A program made the translations under genes and the position numbers. A model generated the notes under the pieces. That model was not told the origin of the DNA and ran no database searches. It saw nothing but the letters and a program-made list of their open reading frames with translations. Below are positions 10,112 through 21,123 of a DNA stretch of 21,811 nt, piece by piece. This DNA comes from Octopus sinensis (taxonomy: Eukaryota): the NCBI RefSeq assembly GCF_006345805.1, contig NW_021823605.1, forward strand, positions 1-21,811, given 5' to 3'. Position 1 is the first letter of the stretch. Every line of letters starts with the position of its first letter.

Positions 10112-13100
10112 AAGGCACCGAGCTGGCAGAAACGTTAGCACGCCGGGCGAACTGCTTTGCGGTATTTCGTCTGACGTTACATTGAGTTCAAATTCCGCCG
10201 AGGTTGACTTTGCCTTTCATACTTTCAAGGTCTATAAATGAAGTGCCAGTTACACACTGGGGTCGATGTAATCGCCTTAATCCCTTTGTCTGTCCTTGTT
10301 TTTTTCCCTCTGTGTTTGGCCCCTTTTGGGTAGTAAAGAAATAGGTATTTCGTCTGACGTTTATGGTGAGTTCAAATTCGCCGAGGTTGAATTTGCCTTT
10401 CATCCTTTCAAGGTCTATAAAAAGTACCAGTTACACACTGGGGTCGATGTAATCGCCTTAATCCGTTTGTCTGTCTTGTTTGTTTCTCTGTGTTTGGCCC
10501 CTTTTGGGTAGTAAAGAAATAGGTATTTCGTCTGACGTTACGTTCTGAGTTCAAATTCCGCCGAGGTTGAGGTTGACTTGCCTTTCATCCTTTCAAGGTC
10601 TATAAATTAAGTACCAGTTACACACTGGTGTCGATGTAATAGACTTAATCCGTTTGTCAGTCCTTGTTTGTCCTCTCGTGTTTGGCCCCTTTTGGGTAGT
10701 AATAAAGAAATAGGTATTTCGTCTGACGTTACGTTCTGAGTTCAAATTCCGCCGAGGTTGACTTTGCATTTCATCCTTTCAAGGTCTATAAATTAAGTAC
10801 CAGTTACGCACTGGGGTCGATATAATCGCTTAATCCGTTTGTCTGTCCTTGTTTGTTTCCTCTCTGTGTTTGGCCCCTTTCGGGTAGTAAAGAAATAGGT
10901 ATTTCGTTCTGACGTACGTTCTGAGTTCAAATTCCGCCGAGGTTGACTTTGCCTTTCATTCTTTCAAGGTCTATAAATTAAGTACCAGTTACACACTGGT
11001 GTCGATGTAATAGACTTAATCCGTATGTCAGTCCTTGTTTGTCCTCTCTGTGTTTGGCCCCTTTTGGGTAGTAAAGAAATAAGTATTTCGTCTGACGTTA
11101 CGTTCTGAGTTCAAATTCCGCCGAGGTTGACTTTGCCTTTCATCCTTTCAAGGTCTATAAATTAAGTACCAGTTACGCACTGGGGTCGATATAATCGCCT
11201 TAATCCGTTTGTCTGTCCTTGTTTGTTCCCTCTGTGTTTGGCCCCTTTTGGGTAGTAAAGAAATAGGTATTTCGTCTGACGTTACGTTCTGAGTTCAAAT
11301 TCCGCCGAGGTTGACTTTGCCTTTCATCCTTTCAAGGTCTATAAATTAAGTACCAGTTACGCACTGGGGTCGATATAATCGCCTTAATCCGTTTGTCTGT
11401 CCTTGTTTGTCCTCTCTGTGTTTGGCCCCTTTTGGTAGTAAAGAAATAGGTATTTCGTCTGGACGTTACGTTCTGAGTTCAATTCCGCCGAGGTTGACTT
11501 TGCCTTTCATCCTTTCAAGGTCTATAAATTAAGTACCAGTTACACACTGGGGTCGATATGTAATAGACTTAATCCGTTTGTCAGTCCTTGTTTGTCCTCT
11601 CTGTGTTTGGCCCCTTTTGGTAGTAAAGAAATAGGTATTTCGTCTGACGTTACGTTCTGAGTTCAAATTCCGCCGAGGTTGACTTTGCCTTTCATCCTTT
11701 CAAGGTCTATAAATTAAGTACCAGTTACACACTGGGGTCGATGTAATAGACGTAATCCGTTTGTCTGTCCTTGTTTGTCCTCTCTGTGTTTGGCCCCTTT
11801 TGGGTAGTAAAGAAATAGGTATTTCGTCTGACGTTACGTTCTGAGTTCAAATTCCGCCGAGGTTGACTTTGCCTTTCATCCTTTCAAGGTCTATAAATTA
11901 AGTACCAGTTACACACTGGGGTCGATGTAATAGACGTAATCCGTTTGTCTGTCCTTGTTTGTCCTCTCTGTGTTTGGCCCCTTTTGGGTAGTAAAGAAAT
12001 AGGTATTTCGTCTGACGTTACGTTCTGAGTTCAAATTCCGCCGATGTTGACTTTGCCTTTCATCTTTTCAAGGTCTATAATTTAAGTACCACTTACACAC
12101 TGGTGTCGATGTAATCGCCTTAATCCGTTTGTCTGTCCTTGTTTGTTCCCTCTGTGTTTGGCCCCTTTTGGGTAGTAAAGAAACAGGTATTTCGTCTGAC
12201 GTTACGTTCTGAGTTCAAATTCCGCCGATGTTGACTTTGCCTTTCATCCTTTCAAGGTCTATAAATTAAGTACCAGTTACACACTGGTGTCGATGTAATA
12301 GACTTAATCCCTTTGTCTGTCCTTGTTTGTCCTCTCTTTGTTTGGCCCCTTTTGGGTAGTAAAGAAATGGGTATTTCGTCTGACGTTACGTTCTGAGTTC
12401 AAATTCCGCCGAAGTTGACTTGCCTTCATCCTTTCAAGGTCTTAAATTAAGTACCAGTTACACACTGGTGTCGATGTAATAGACTTAATCCCTTGTCTGT
12501 CCTTGTTTGTCCTCTGTGTTTGGCCCCTTTTGGGTAGTACAGAAATAGGTATTTCGTCTGACGTTACGTTCTGAGTTCAAATTCCGCCGAGGTTGACTTT
12601 GCCTTTCATCCTTTCAAGGTCTATAAATTAAGTACCAGTTACGCACTGGGGTCGATATAATCGCCTTAATCCGTTTGTCTGTCCTTGTTTGTCCTCTCTG
12701 TGTTTGGCCCCTTTTGGGTAGTAAAGAAATAGGTATTTCGTCTGACGTTACGTTCTGAGTTCAAATTCCGCCGAGGTTGACTTTGCCTTTCATCCTATCA
12801 AGGTCTATAAATTAAGTACCACTTACACACTGGTGTCGATGTGTAATCGCCTTAATCCGTTTGTCTGTCCTTGTTTGTTCCCTCTGTGTTTGGCCCCTTT
12901 TGGGTAGTAAAGAAACAGGTATTTCGTCTGACGTTCGTTCTGAGTTCAAATCCGCCGATGTTGACTTTGCCTTTCATCCTTTCAAGGTCTATAAATTAAG
13001 TACCAGTTACACACTGGTGTCGATGTAATAGACTTAATCCCTTTGTCTGTCCTTGTTTGTCCTCTCTGTGTTGGCCCCTTTTGGGTAGTAAAGAATGGGT

Positions 13101-14757
13101 ATTTCGTCTGACGTTACGTCTGAGTTCAAATTCCGCCGAGGTTGATTTGCCTTTCATCCTTTCAAGGTCTATAAATAAGTACCAGTTACGCACGGGGTCG
13201 ATATAATCGCCTTAATCCGTTTGTCTGTCCTTGTTTGTCCTCTCTGTGTTTGGCCCCTTTTGGGGTAGTAAAGAAATGGGTATTTCGTCTGACGTTACGT
13301 TCTGAGTTCAAATTCCGCCGAGGTTGACTTTGCCTTTCATCCTATCAAGGTCTATAAATTAAGTACCAGTTACACACTGGTGTCGATGTAATAGACTTAA
13401 TCCCTTTGTCTGTCCTTGTTTGTCTCTCTCTGTGTTTGGCCCCTTTTGGGTAGAAAGTAAAGAAATAGGTATTTCGTCTGACGTTACGTTCTGAGTTCAA
13501 ATTCGCCGAGGTTGACTTGCCTTTCATCCTTCAAGGTCTATAAATTAAGTACCAGTTACGCACTGGGGTCGATATAATCGCCTTAATCCCTTTGTCTGTC
13601 CTTGTTTGTCCTCTCTGTGTTTGGCCCCTTTTGGGTAGTAAAGAAATAGGTATTTCGTCTGACGTTACGTTCTGAGTTCAAATTCCGCCGATGTTGACTT
13701 TGCCTTTCATCTTTTCAAGGTCTATAAATTAAGTACCACTTACACACTGGTGTCGATGTAATCGCCTTAATCCGTTTGTCTGTCCTTGTTTGTTCCCTCT
13801 GTGTTTGGCCCCTTTTGGGTAGTAAAGAAACAGGTATTTCGTCTGACGTTACGTTCTGAGTTCAAATTCCGCCGATGTTGACTTTGCCTTTCATCCTTTC
13901 AAGGTCTATAAATTAAGTACCAGTTACACACTGGTGTCGATGTAATAGACTTAATCCTTGTTTGTCCTTGTTTGTCCTCTCTGTGTTTGGCCCCTTTGGG
14001 TAGTAGTAAAGAAATGGGTATTCGTCTGACGTTACGTTCTGAGTTCAAATTCCGCCGAGGTTGAATTTGCCTTTCATCCTGTCAAGGTCTATAAATTAAG
14101 TACCAGTTACGCACTGGGGTCGATATAATCGCCTTAATCCCTTTGTCTGTCCTTGTTTGTCCTCTCTGTGTTTGGCCCCTTTTGGGTAGTAAAGAAACAG
14201 GTATTTCGTCTGACGTTACGTTCTGAGTTCAAATTCCGCCGATGTTGACTTTGCCTTTCATCCTTTCAAGGTCTATAAATTAAGTACCAGTTACACACTG
14301 GTGTCAATGTAATAGACTTAATCCCTTTGTCTGTCCTTGTTTGTCCTCTCTGTGTTTGGCCCCTTTTGGGTAGTAAAGAAATGGGTACTTCGTCTGACGT
14401 TACGTTCTGAGTTCAAATTCCGCCGAGGTTGACTTTGCCTTTCATCCTTTCAAGGTCTATAAATTAAGTACCAGTTACACACTGGTGTCGATGTAATAGA
14501 CTTAATCCCTTTGTCTGTCCTTGTTTGTCCTCTCTGTGTTTGGCCCCTTTTGGGTAGTAAAGAAATGGGTACTTCGTCTGACGTTACGTTCTGAGTTCAA
14601 ATTCCGCCGAGGTTGACTTTGCCTTTCATCCTTTCAAGGTCTATAAATTAAGTACCAGTTACACACCGGTGTCGATGTAATAGACTTAATCCCTTTGTCT
14701 GTCCTTGTTTGTTCCCTCTGTGTTTGGCCCTTTTGGGTAGTAAAGAAATAGGAATTC
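10112..14757 (+). repeat. SINE-derived tandem array: one SINE family 1 head plus 25 units of ~184 bp
   Basis: Head aaggcaccgagctggcagaaacgttagc at 10112. Units start at 10161, 10344, 10522, 10713, 10898, 11082, 11266, 11449, 11634, 11818, 12002, 12186, 12370, 12548, 12732, 12918, 13098, 13279, 13468, 13649, 13833, 14017, 14200, 14384 and 14568; the last ends at 14750. Confidence 0.95.
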
Positions 14758-15342
14758 GTTATTCATTTAATATAGCTTGTCTCGTTCATTTTATTGCATT
14801 CTATCCATTTATCTATTTTACGCAATACAGATGCCTGCATATACCTACTTACATGCGATGTGTGCATGTAGTTATAAGACTATAATTCTGTACATTTAAT
14901 GTTGTTCTCAATTTAATACGGTTCTCAGTTTTATCTAATTTTCTATTTATTTTTACTTCACAAGGATGCAACGGATTCTTGCCTGCCTGCCTGCCTGTTT
15001 CAGCCTCGTTTTGAATCCGGTAGCAATTGATGTAAATTACTCTTGGAACTACATAACATTGACTTCATTCCATGCTAAGTGCAGTTAGGTTTAAGGTCAT
15101 AGGCAGAGAGACCGGTATTACATTAAAGTTCAACTGTCAATCAAATGTTAATTTCTTGTTTTCTAACAACTGAAAGGTCACCATCAGGTAAGGAAGGATT
15201 ACTCACTAAAAACGAATGATTTTTATACGAAACAACAATGAAAATTTTAGATGGACTTTTCTTCGTCTCTTTATTTCTTAGAATCACGTTCTGCTTTAAT
15301 TTTTTTCTGTTAATATTTTTTATACAGCATCCTTTCTCTTAC

Positions 15343-15344
<2 letters not shown>

Positions 15345-15377
<33 letters not shown>

Positions 15378-15430
15378 CACGTATGCGTTTGTGTGAGCGT
15401 GACTCTGTGTGTGTGTGTGTGTGTGAGTGC
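15345..15430. repeat. (GT)n microsatellites
   Basis: Seen directly. Confidence 0.9.
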
Positions 15431-15835
15431 CAGTGCACTATTTTTGCCAAAGTTTCATCTGTGAGAGAAGACAGGGTTATGTAACGTTATCGTGACATTC
15501 ACGGTAAGTTCGCATAATTGACACTATGTTTGGCGGTGGGACGGGGAAGCTAACGTCACACTGCCGAGCATGCGCATATACATTACATATGCGTACGAGT
15601 GAATGCGTACGTCTGTGAATGCCCACGTGTGTTGGTGTGCGTGCTTGAGTGAATGTTGGAGTATTTCTGGTGATGACGAGTTTATAGAATATGGCCAGGC
15701 AACTTAAAATAAAGAATTCAAATTAGAAGTTTTGGCTCGTTTAATCCATCATGTGAGTCCAACGGTTAATAATTTTCTTTCGCTCACGGGCTCATCAATA
15801 AAAAAAATTGTTTTATTTTCAGATTAGTTTTATAG

Positions 15836-15954
15836 AGAATCTAGGGAGATATACAAACTTTCAAATCACTTGGAAGAAGCCATACGGGTAGATGGCGACA
15901 CTGGGAAGCTGACGCATTCGGTTCATGATTTTTATGCACTCAAAGACTTTCAAT
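15836..15954 (+). CDS. Candidate internal exon (ESREIYKLSNHLEEAIRVDGDTGKLTHSVHDFYALKDFQ), product unknown
   Basis: T-rich acceptor region (ttttattttcagattagttttatag), 39 open codons in unique sequence, and donor caat|gtatgt. Acceptor choice is ambiguous and no homology was established. Confidence 0.3.
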
Positions 15955-16228
15955 GTATGTAGCGTGATTTTTATATATAGGTTTCAAACCTAGATCCAAT
16001 GCTCCTAAATAGCAATTCCAACACCAGCCGGGTATCAATGCTTGTATATGTGTATATGTGCAAAATTTAGAATAAAAGCACTTGCAGATTTGTATGTTTG
16101 TCTTATGCATGTAGTCTCAGGCATAAAGCTGCATGTCTAGATGTGCGCATATGTACTTAAAACCCGTACTCTTATATCAACCTTCTGTATCTCTATTTGT
16201 TTCCTTTCTTCATCCCCACGTTCTAAAG

Positions 16229-16572
16229 TAGGGGCTCTCAATCATTTTTTATCTATGGACCACCTTGTCTACTATTTTGTTCTGGTAGACCCCCAAAAGC
16301 CATTCCATGTTTAAAAACTAGTCTTAAAGATCCTTCTTTTAAAATTCCTATTTTGTTTTCCTCGTGTTTTAACATCGTGCAGGTTTGAACTATGTAAAAC
16401 GTTGGAGAAAGAAAAGTTGTTTCTTGCAATACATACCAATACATACATTTAATGCAAGTCCTTTTCAGGGACCGTAAAATACCATGTGTATCCCCAGTTT
16501 ACTATTTTGTTACGTAGACTCGATCTTATACGGACCCTAAGGGGCCATATGGATACTGGTTGAGAACTACTA
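16229..16572. mobile_element. hAT-type MITE with the same termini as 4400-4879 and a different interior
   Basis: TIRs taggggctctcaatc (16229-16243) and ggttgagaactacta (16558-16572), 11/15 complementary; flanks ttctaaag and gtgtaaag (6/8) form a degenerate 8-bp TSD. Confidence 0.7.
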
Positions 16573-16789
16573 GTGTAAAGCGTGGGGAATTCCATTAGAA
16601 AAAGTTTTAATCGATTTTCTCGGTAAGTATGGTGCTGAGGAAAAAATAGAAACACATTCCAATTTATGCACCCATCCACATGTGTACCATTTTTCACGCG
16701 AATCCACCCAGCCGTTTGGCTGTGAACCCCAAGACATGAAAGAATACCACGATCGCCCATGTCCAATTTATATTATAGATTATATTTAT

Positions 16790-16975
16790 ATAACATACTA
16801 TATATATATATAATATATTATATATAATATATATATATATATATATAGATATATATATAGATATATATATATATATATACAATATATATATATATATAAT
16901 ATATAATTAATATATATATATATACATATATATATATATTATATACATGTATATATACATATTATATATATATAT

Positions 16976-17030
<55 letters not shown>
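16790..17030. repeat. (TA)n microsatellite
   Basis: Seen directly. Confidence 0.95.
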
Positions 17031-17033
<3 letters not shown>

Positions 17034-17084
17034 CGGTGTACACACCACAACACACATATATATATTTACATACATACACACATA

Positions 17085-17248
17085 CGATGTGCTTCTTTCA
17101 GTTTCTGTCTCCGAAACCAACCCACGAGGCTTTGGTCAGCTCAGGGCTATAGAAGATGAGGCATACTCAAGGTGCCACTCAGTGTGAGTGCACCGGGAAC
17201 CATGTGGCTGGAAAGCAAAGTTTTTGCAACACAGCCACGCCTGCGTCT
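17085..17248 (-). mobile_element. SINE family 2, 5' part (tRNA head plus CORE)
   Basis: The minus strand begins agacgcaggcgtggctgtgttgc, has cacatggttcccgg and ggcaccttgagtatgcc, and ends gaaactgaaagaagc running into a microsatellite. Confidence 0.7.
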
Positions 17249-17371
17249 ATGAGTGTAATAAATGCAATTATAAATGTAATTCAATTTGAAACATTGTTAA
17301 TAAGTGCGTCTGTGTATCTGGTGCCAGCATAAGTGAACAATGGATTTCACTAAATATCAGTTAAGGTTTAT

Positions 17372-17541
17372 GTACACACACACACACGCACACACACACG
17401 CACACACATACACACACGCACATACATAGCGTAGAATAGACACGAATATTTCATTATATAATTAAATCTAATTCTTGTTTAATTCAGAATTTAGTTCATG
17501 AATATGTTGTGTGGGTGGGTGAAGCGATAATATATATATAC

Positions 17542-17598
<57 letters not shown>

Positions 17599-17708
17599 GT
17601 ATGTATATATGAAATATATATATATATACATATATATATATGTGTATATAATATATATATATATATATATAATATATATATATATATAATATACATATAT
17701 ATACACAA

Positions 17709-17776
<68 letters not shown>

Positions 17777-17869
17777 ATATGTAAATATATATATATATAC
17801 ATATATATATATGTGTATATAATATATATATATATAATATTCTATATATATATTATTATATATATATAC

Positions 17870-17943
<74 letters not shown>

Positions 17944-17970
17944 TTGTGTGTGTGCGTGTGTGTATGTATG
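17372..17970. repeat. Compound (CA)/(TA) microsatellite with a ~170-bp higher-order duplication
   Basis: gtatgtatatatg(t)aaat... recurs at 17599 and 17769. Confidence 0.85.
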
Positions 17971-18138
17971 TAATTGTTCAATTTTATTTCAAGATTTTTT
18001 TGGCAATAGAGAAAGACCGGTTTCTGACCTAGACCCAATGCTCCTTCATTGGAATTTCAACATCAACAACAGAGTATGTTTGTATGTATGTATATATGTA
18101 TGTATGTATGTATGTGTGTGTGTATGTGTGTGTGTGTG

Positions 18139-18206
18139 TTCTGCTATAGCTCGGTGCCGATCAATGCCTTGTAAGTATATTTGGTAGACGGAAACTGAAA
18201 GAAGCC
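18139..18206 (+). mobile_element. SINE family 2, central fragment
   Basis: ttctgctatagc...ttggtagacggaaactgaaagaagcc, followed by microsatellites. Confidence 0.7.
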
Positions 18207-18209
18207 AGT

Positions 18210-18425
<216 letters not shown>

Positions 18426-18628
18426 CTTATGAATATTTAGCAGAAGTAACAGAGTCACTCAGTGTACGAGAACTTTTTGTGTTGGCACTAACTCACGAAA
18501 CACTCTGACCTTGTGTCACTCTGTTACTGCAGCGAAATATTATAAAAATATACATATACTTACTGTTCGAGTTTATTTTTGCTGTTTGCATCAATATACT
18601 TGTACACTCACTCACACACACACACGCA

Positions 18629-18812
18629 GTGTTTGTCCTTGTGTTTGTCCTTGTGATAGTGGTTATTTTAGCTCCTTGTCATCTAGCGGTTCTGTTGTAG
18701 ACACAAGGCTTTTAATAAATAAGTACTGCATTTAATTTGTTCGACTAAAGCCCTTCAAAGTGGAGGCCTCAACGCGGCTGCAGTCTAATGGCTGAAACAA
18801 TTAAGATAAGAG
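18629..18812 (+). mobile_element. Degenerate SINE family 2, 3' tail
   Basis: tgtttgtcc...aataagtactg...atttgttcgactaaag...gcagtctaatggctgaaacaa resembles the reverse complement of 1611-1700. Confidence 0.55.
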
Positions 18813-18899
18813 ATATTTGAAGTGAAAAATATTCTTCAAGGGTACCATGTAGTTTTAATTTGTTGTAGTTTTACCGTTTCTATGAAAGAATAACAATAA

Positions 18900-18927
18900 C
18901 GTATATAAGTATATGTATAGTATTGTA

Positions 18928-18974
<47 letters not shown>

Positions 18975-19070
18975 TATATATACACAACAACATATATATG
19001 TACATATACATGCCACACACACACAACACACACACACACGTACACACACACACACACCAATATATATATT
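18900..19070. repeat. (TA)n/(CA)n microsatellite
   Basis: Seen directly. Confidence 0.9.
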
Positions 19071-19086
19071 GTTATTCCTTGTGTGT

Positions 19087-19220
19087 ACGACAGGCTTCTT
19101 TCAGTTTCCGTCTACCAAGTCCACTCACAAGGCTTTGGTTACGCAAGGTGCCACGCAGTGGGACTGAACCCGGAGCCATGTGGTTGAGAAGCAAGCTTCT
19201 AGCCAAATACCCACACCGGT
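19087..19220 (-). mobile_element. SINE family 2, 5' part with internal deletion in the CORE region
   Basis: Minus strand: cacatggctccgggttcagtcccactgcgtggcaccttg, then jumps to accaaagccttgtgagtggacttggtagacggaaactgaaagaagcc. Confidence 0.75.
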
Positions 19221-19239
19221 CTCTCTGTCATATATATAT

Positions 19240-19434
19240 ATAGTTAATCCAAACATGAAAACACAACAACGCGAGAACGTGGAACAAATATATTATTATT
19301 GGACGCTTAGGAAGGAAGGGAAGAAGGAGGGTTTAACGTTTCGAGTGGAGCTCTTCGTCAGAAACACAGGAAAAGGAAAGATCCAGAGAAGGGAAGACGG
19401 AGGAAAAAAAATCGCCAACGGTACACACGCGGTC
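19240..19434 (-). mobile_element. Penelope/retrozyme-like short element, copy 2
   Basis: About 195 bp, flanked by TA repeats at both ends, shares the terminus tagttaatccaaacatgaaaacac with copy 1, and contains a hammerhead motif. Confidence 0.7.
19331..19365 (-). ncRNA. Minimal type I hammerhead ribozyme with intact core
   Basis: Minus RNA: GUUU-CUGACGA-A-GAG-CUCCA-CUC-GAAA-CGUU-AAAC. Stem I is GUUU/AAAC, stem II is GAG/CUC, and palindromic ACGU replaces stem III. Predicted cleavage is after GUU, between 19335 and 19334. Confidence 0.7.
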
Positions 19435-20179
19435 ATATATATATATTGTTCATAGCATCTAATTCGCAAAATCTTACGCCTCTATTAATTGGATACAAAT
19501 TATGCATATACCTACTTATCTACACCTAATATACCCTTTATCTTGACTTTTAAGGAACCTGTCTTACTCTGTTTCTCTTTAATAGTTGTTGTTTGTGCCA
19601 CGATTTGTCTTTTCATTTTATTTCTTTCCTTCGTTCTTCATTCCTTTATATTTCTTTATTCATTCTCCCTAACACTCCCTCTTTCACTGTCTTTCTCTTC
19701 TAAATTTCTGCAGTGTTTGTTTTAGAAATCTCCATGGAGTAACTTTCCCTATACAATAATCAGTAATATCTCCCTGAATTAACACTTTACGTATTAAACA
19801 TGTGCCGGACTATTTTCTATAATCAGTATACAGTGAAAACTTATAATTCTATTTACACTTGCGTATTACCTTTGGCAATGCCGTTCTATAATGCTAATCA
19901 TATCCATAAATATTATAGCTTTTCAAACTATATATTTAAAATAAATATCGCTGCTTATACGCCAACTGAACATTCCTTAAACAAATCTAATATGCAAGCT
20001 GATGAAATCAAATAGATTGTTCCCTTGTAGAAATTGTCCACAGCTTACTGGCTAAATAAAACTTGACTTCTGCGTAAACTGAAAGTAATTAATATACGCT
20101 TACTTTGCAGGGTGTCGCCACAATCAGTGAACCTATGAGATAGGAATTACCTCTTATCTTTCCGTTTTTACGTTTATGA

Positions 20180-20457
20180 ATTTATGTTGCAAGATTCCTG
20201 ATGTGAAGTCGTGTGTTGAAACAGATTTTGTTATATTTCGGGATGGTCATTTTTTTTTGGTTCTGGGAATGGAATAAGCAGAGCAAGAGCACACACGAAG
20301 ACGGAAAGTGTCGCTGAGGAGGTCACAGATGTATGACGAAGGATTGGACAATGGACAAGAGTTAGAATATAAACGAGTGAAGAACGAATATATAATGCAT
20401 GTTTATTTCGCAAAAAAAATAAAGAAAAAGAAAAATGACCGTGTCGAAACACAACAC
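20180..20457. mobile_element. Degenerate relative of the 9565-9894 foldback element
   Basis: 20185-20258 resembles 9575-9660. Short inverted arms at about 20226-20258 (gttatatttcgggatggtcatttt) and 20428-20457 (aaaatgaccgtgtcgaaacacaac). Confidence 0.5.
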
Positions 20458-20556
20458 TATTTCCCTTTGTTGTATTCTAATTAATAATGTTTGGTCAACA
20501 ATTTCTCATGCGTCTGGTCACTCCTTCTATTGTCTACTTTCTATGACAACCTAACT

Positions 20557-20789
20557 GAAATACCTATTTCTTTACTACCCACAAGGGGCTAAACATAGAA
20601 GGGACAAACAAGGACAGACAACCGATTAAGTTGATTATATAGACCCCAGTGCGTAACTGGTACTTAATTTATCGACCTCGAAAGGATGAAAGCAAAGTCG
20701 ACCTCGGCGGAATTTGAACTCAGAACGTAACGGCAGACGAAATACGGCTGCGCATTTAGCCCGGCGTGCTAACGTTCCACCCTCCTTCC
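20557..20789 (-). mobile_element. SINE family 1 monomer ending 8 nt into a second unit
   Basis: Head and body as in 1192-1428; the minus-strand 3' end reads gtaaagaaata-ggtatttc. Confidence 0.85.
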
Positions 20790-21042
20790 ATTTATGAAAT
20801 GTTGGTTTTCTTGATGTTATTTTATACAACGCTGAAGTTCTCCCCTTGGAATTCCAGATGACCAAACACCAGTGGATTTGCTGGATTGCCTACCCGTTGG
20901 TTTTTGTTTTACCGTGTTATCATTAATATGGTGCGTTTCATTTTGGTATGCCCCGATTTTAATTTTGATTGTTCCTCCTTAATATATACATACCTACGCA
21001 CATACACGCGCACGCACGAAGCCCGGACAACCGTTACCCCAG

Positions 21043-21123
21043 GACAAAGTCCTTCCTCTGGGCTATGTGAACGAGAGGAAGACCAAAGAGGAATTTCTGA
21101 ATGGCTTAGAGCACAGCATAAAG
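21043..21123 (+). CDS. Candidate phase 0-0 exon (DKVLPLGYVNERKTKEEFLNGLEHSIK), product unknown
   Basis: ttaccccag| acceptor, 27 open protein-like codons and AAG|gttgtt donor. Both splice sites are weak. Confidence 0.25.

Noticed and set aside
10188-13527. Short ORFs overlapping the array and other SINE copies (MKGK..., LRSEFKFRRGR...)
   Set aside because: Incidental frames through SINE sequence, broken by indels between units.
10161-14750. CRISPR array or tRNA/5S gene cluster interpretation of the tandem array
   Set aside because: Whole units are near-identical with no unique spacers, there are no cas genes and the context is eukaryotic. Units lack a complete cloverleaf or 5S sequence and match a dispersed SINE.
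10161-14750. Hammerhead ribozyme within the 184-bp unit (retrozyme-type array)
   Set aside because: The unit has CTGACGT rather than CUGANGA and no correctly placed GAAA or stems on either strand. Other ribozyme classes were not excluded by eye.
20111-20143. Possible terminal exon after tactttgcag (GVATISEPMR*)
   Set aside because: An acceptor-like site alone is common, and there is no other support.
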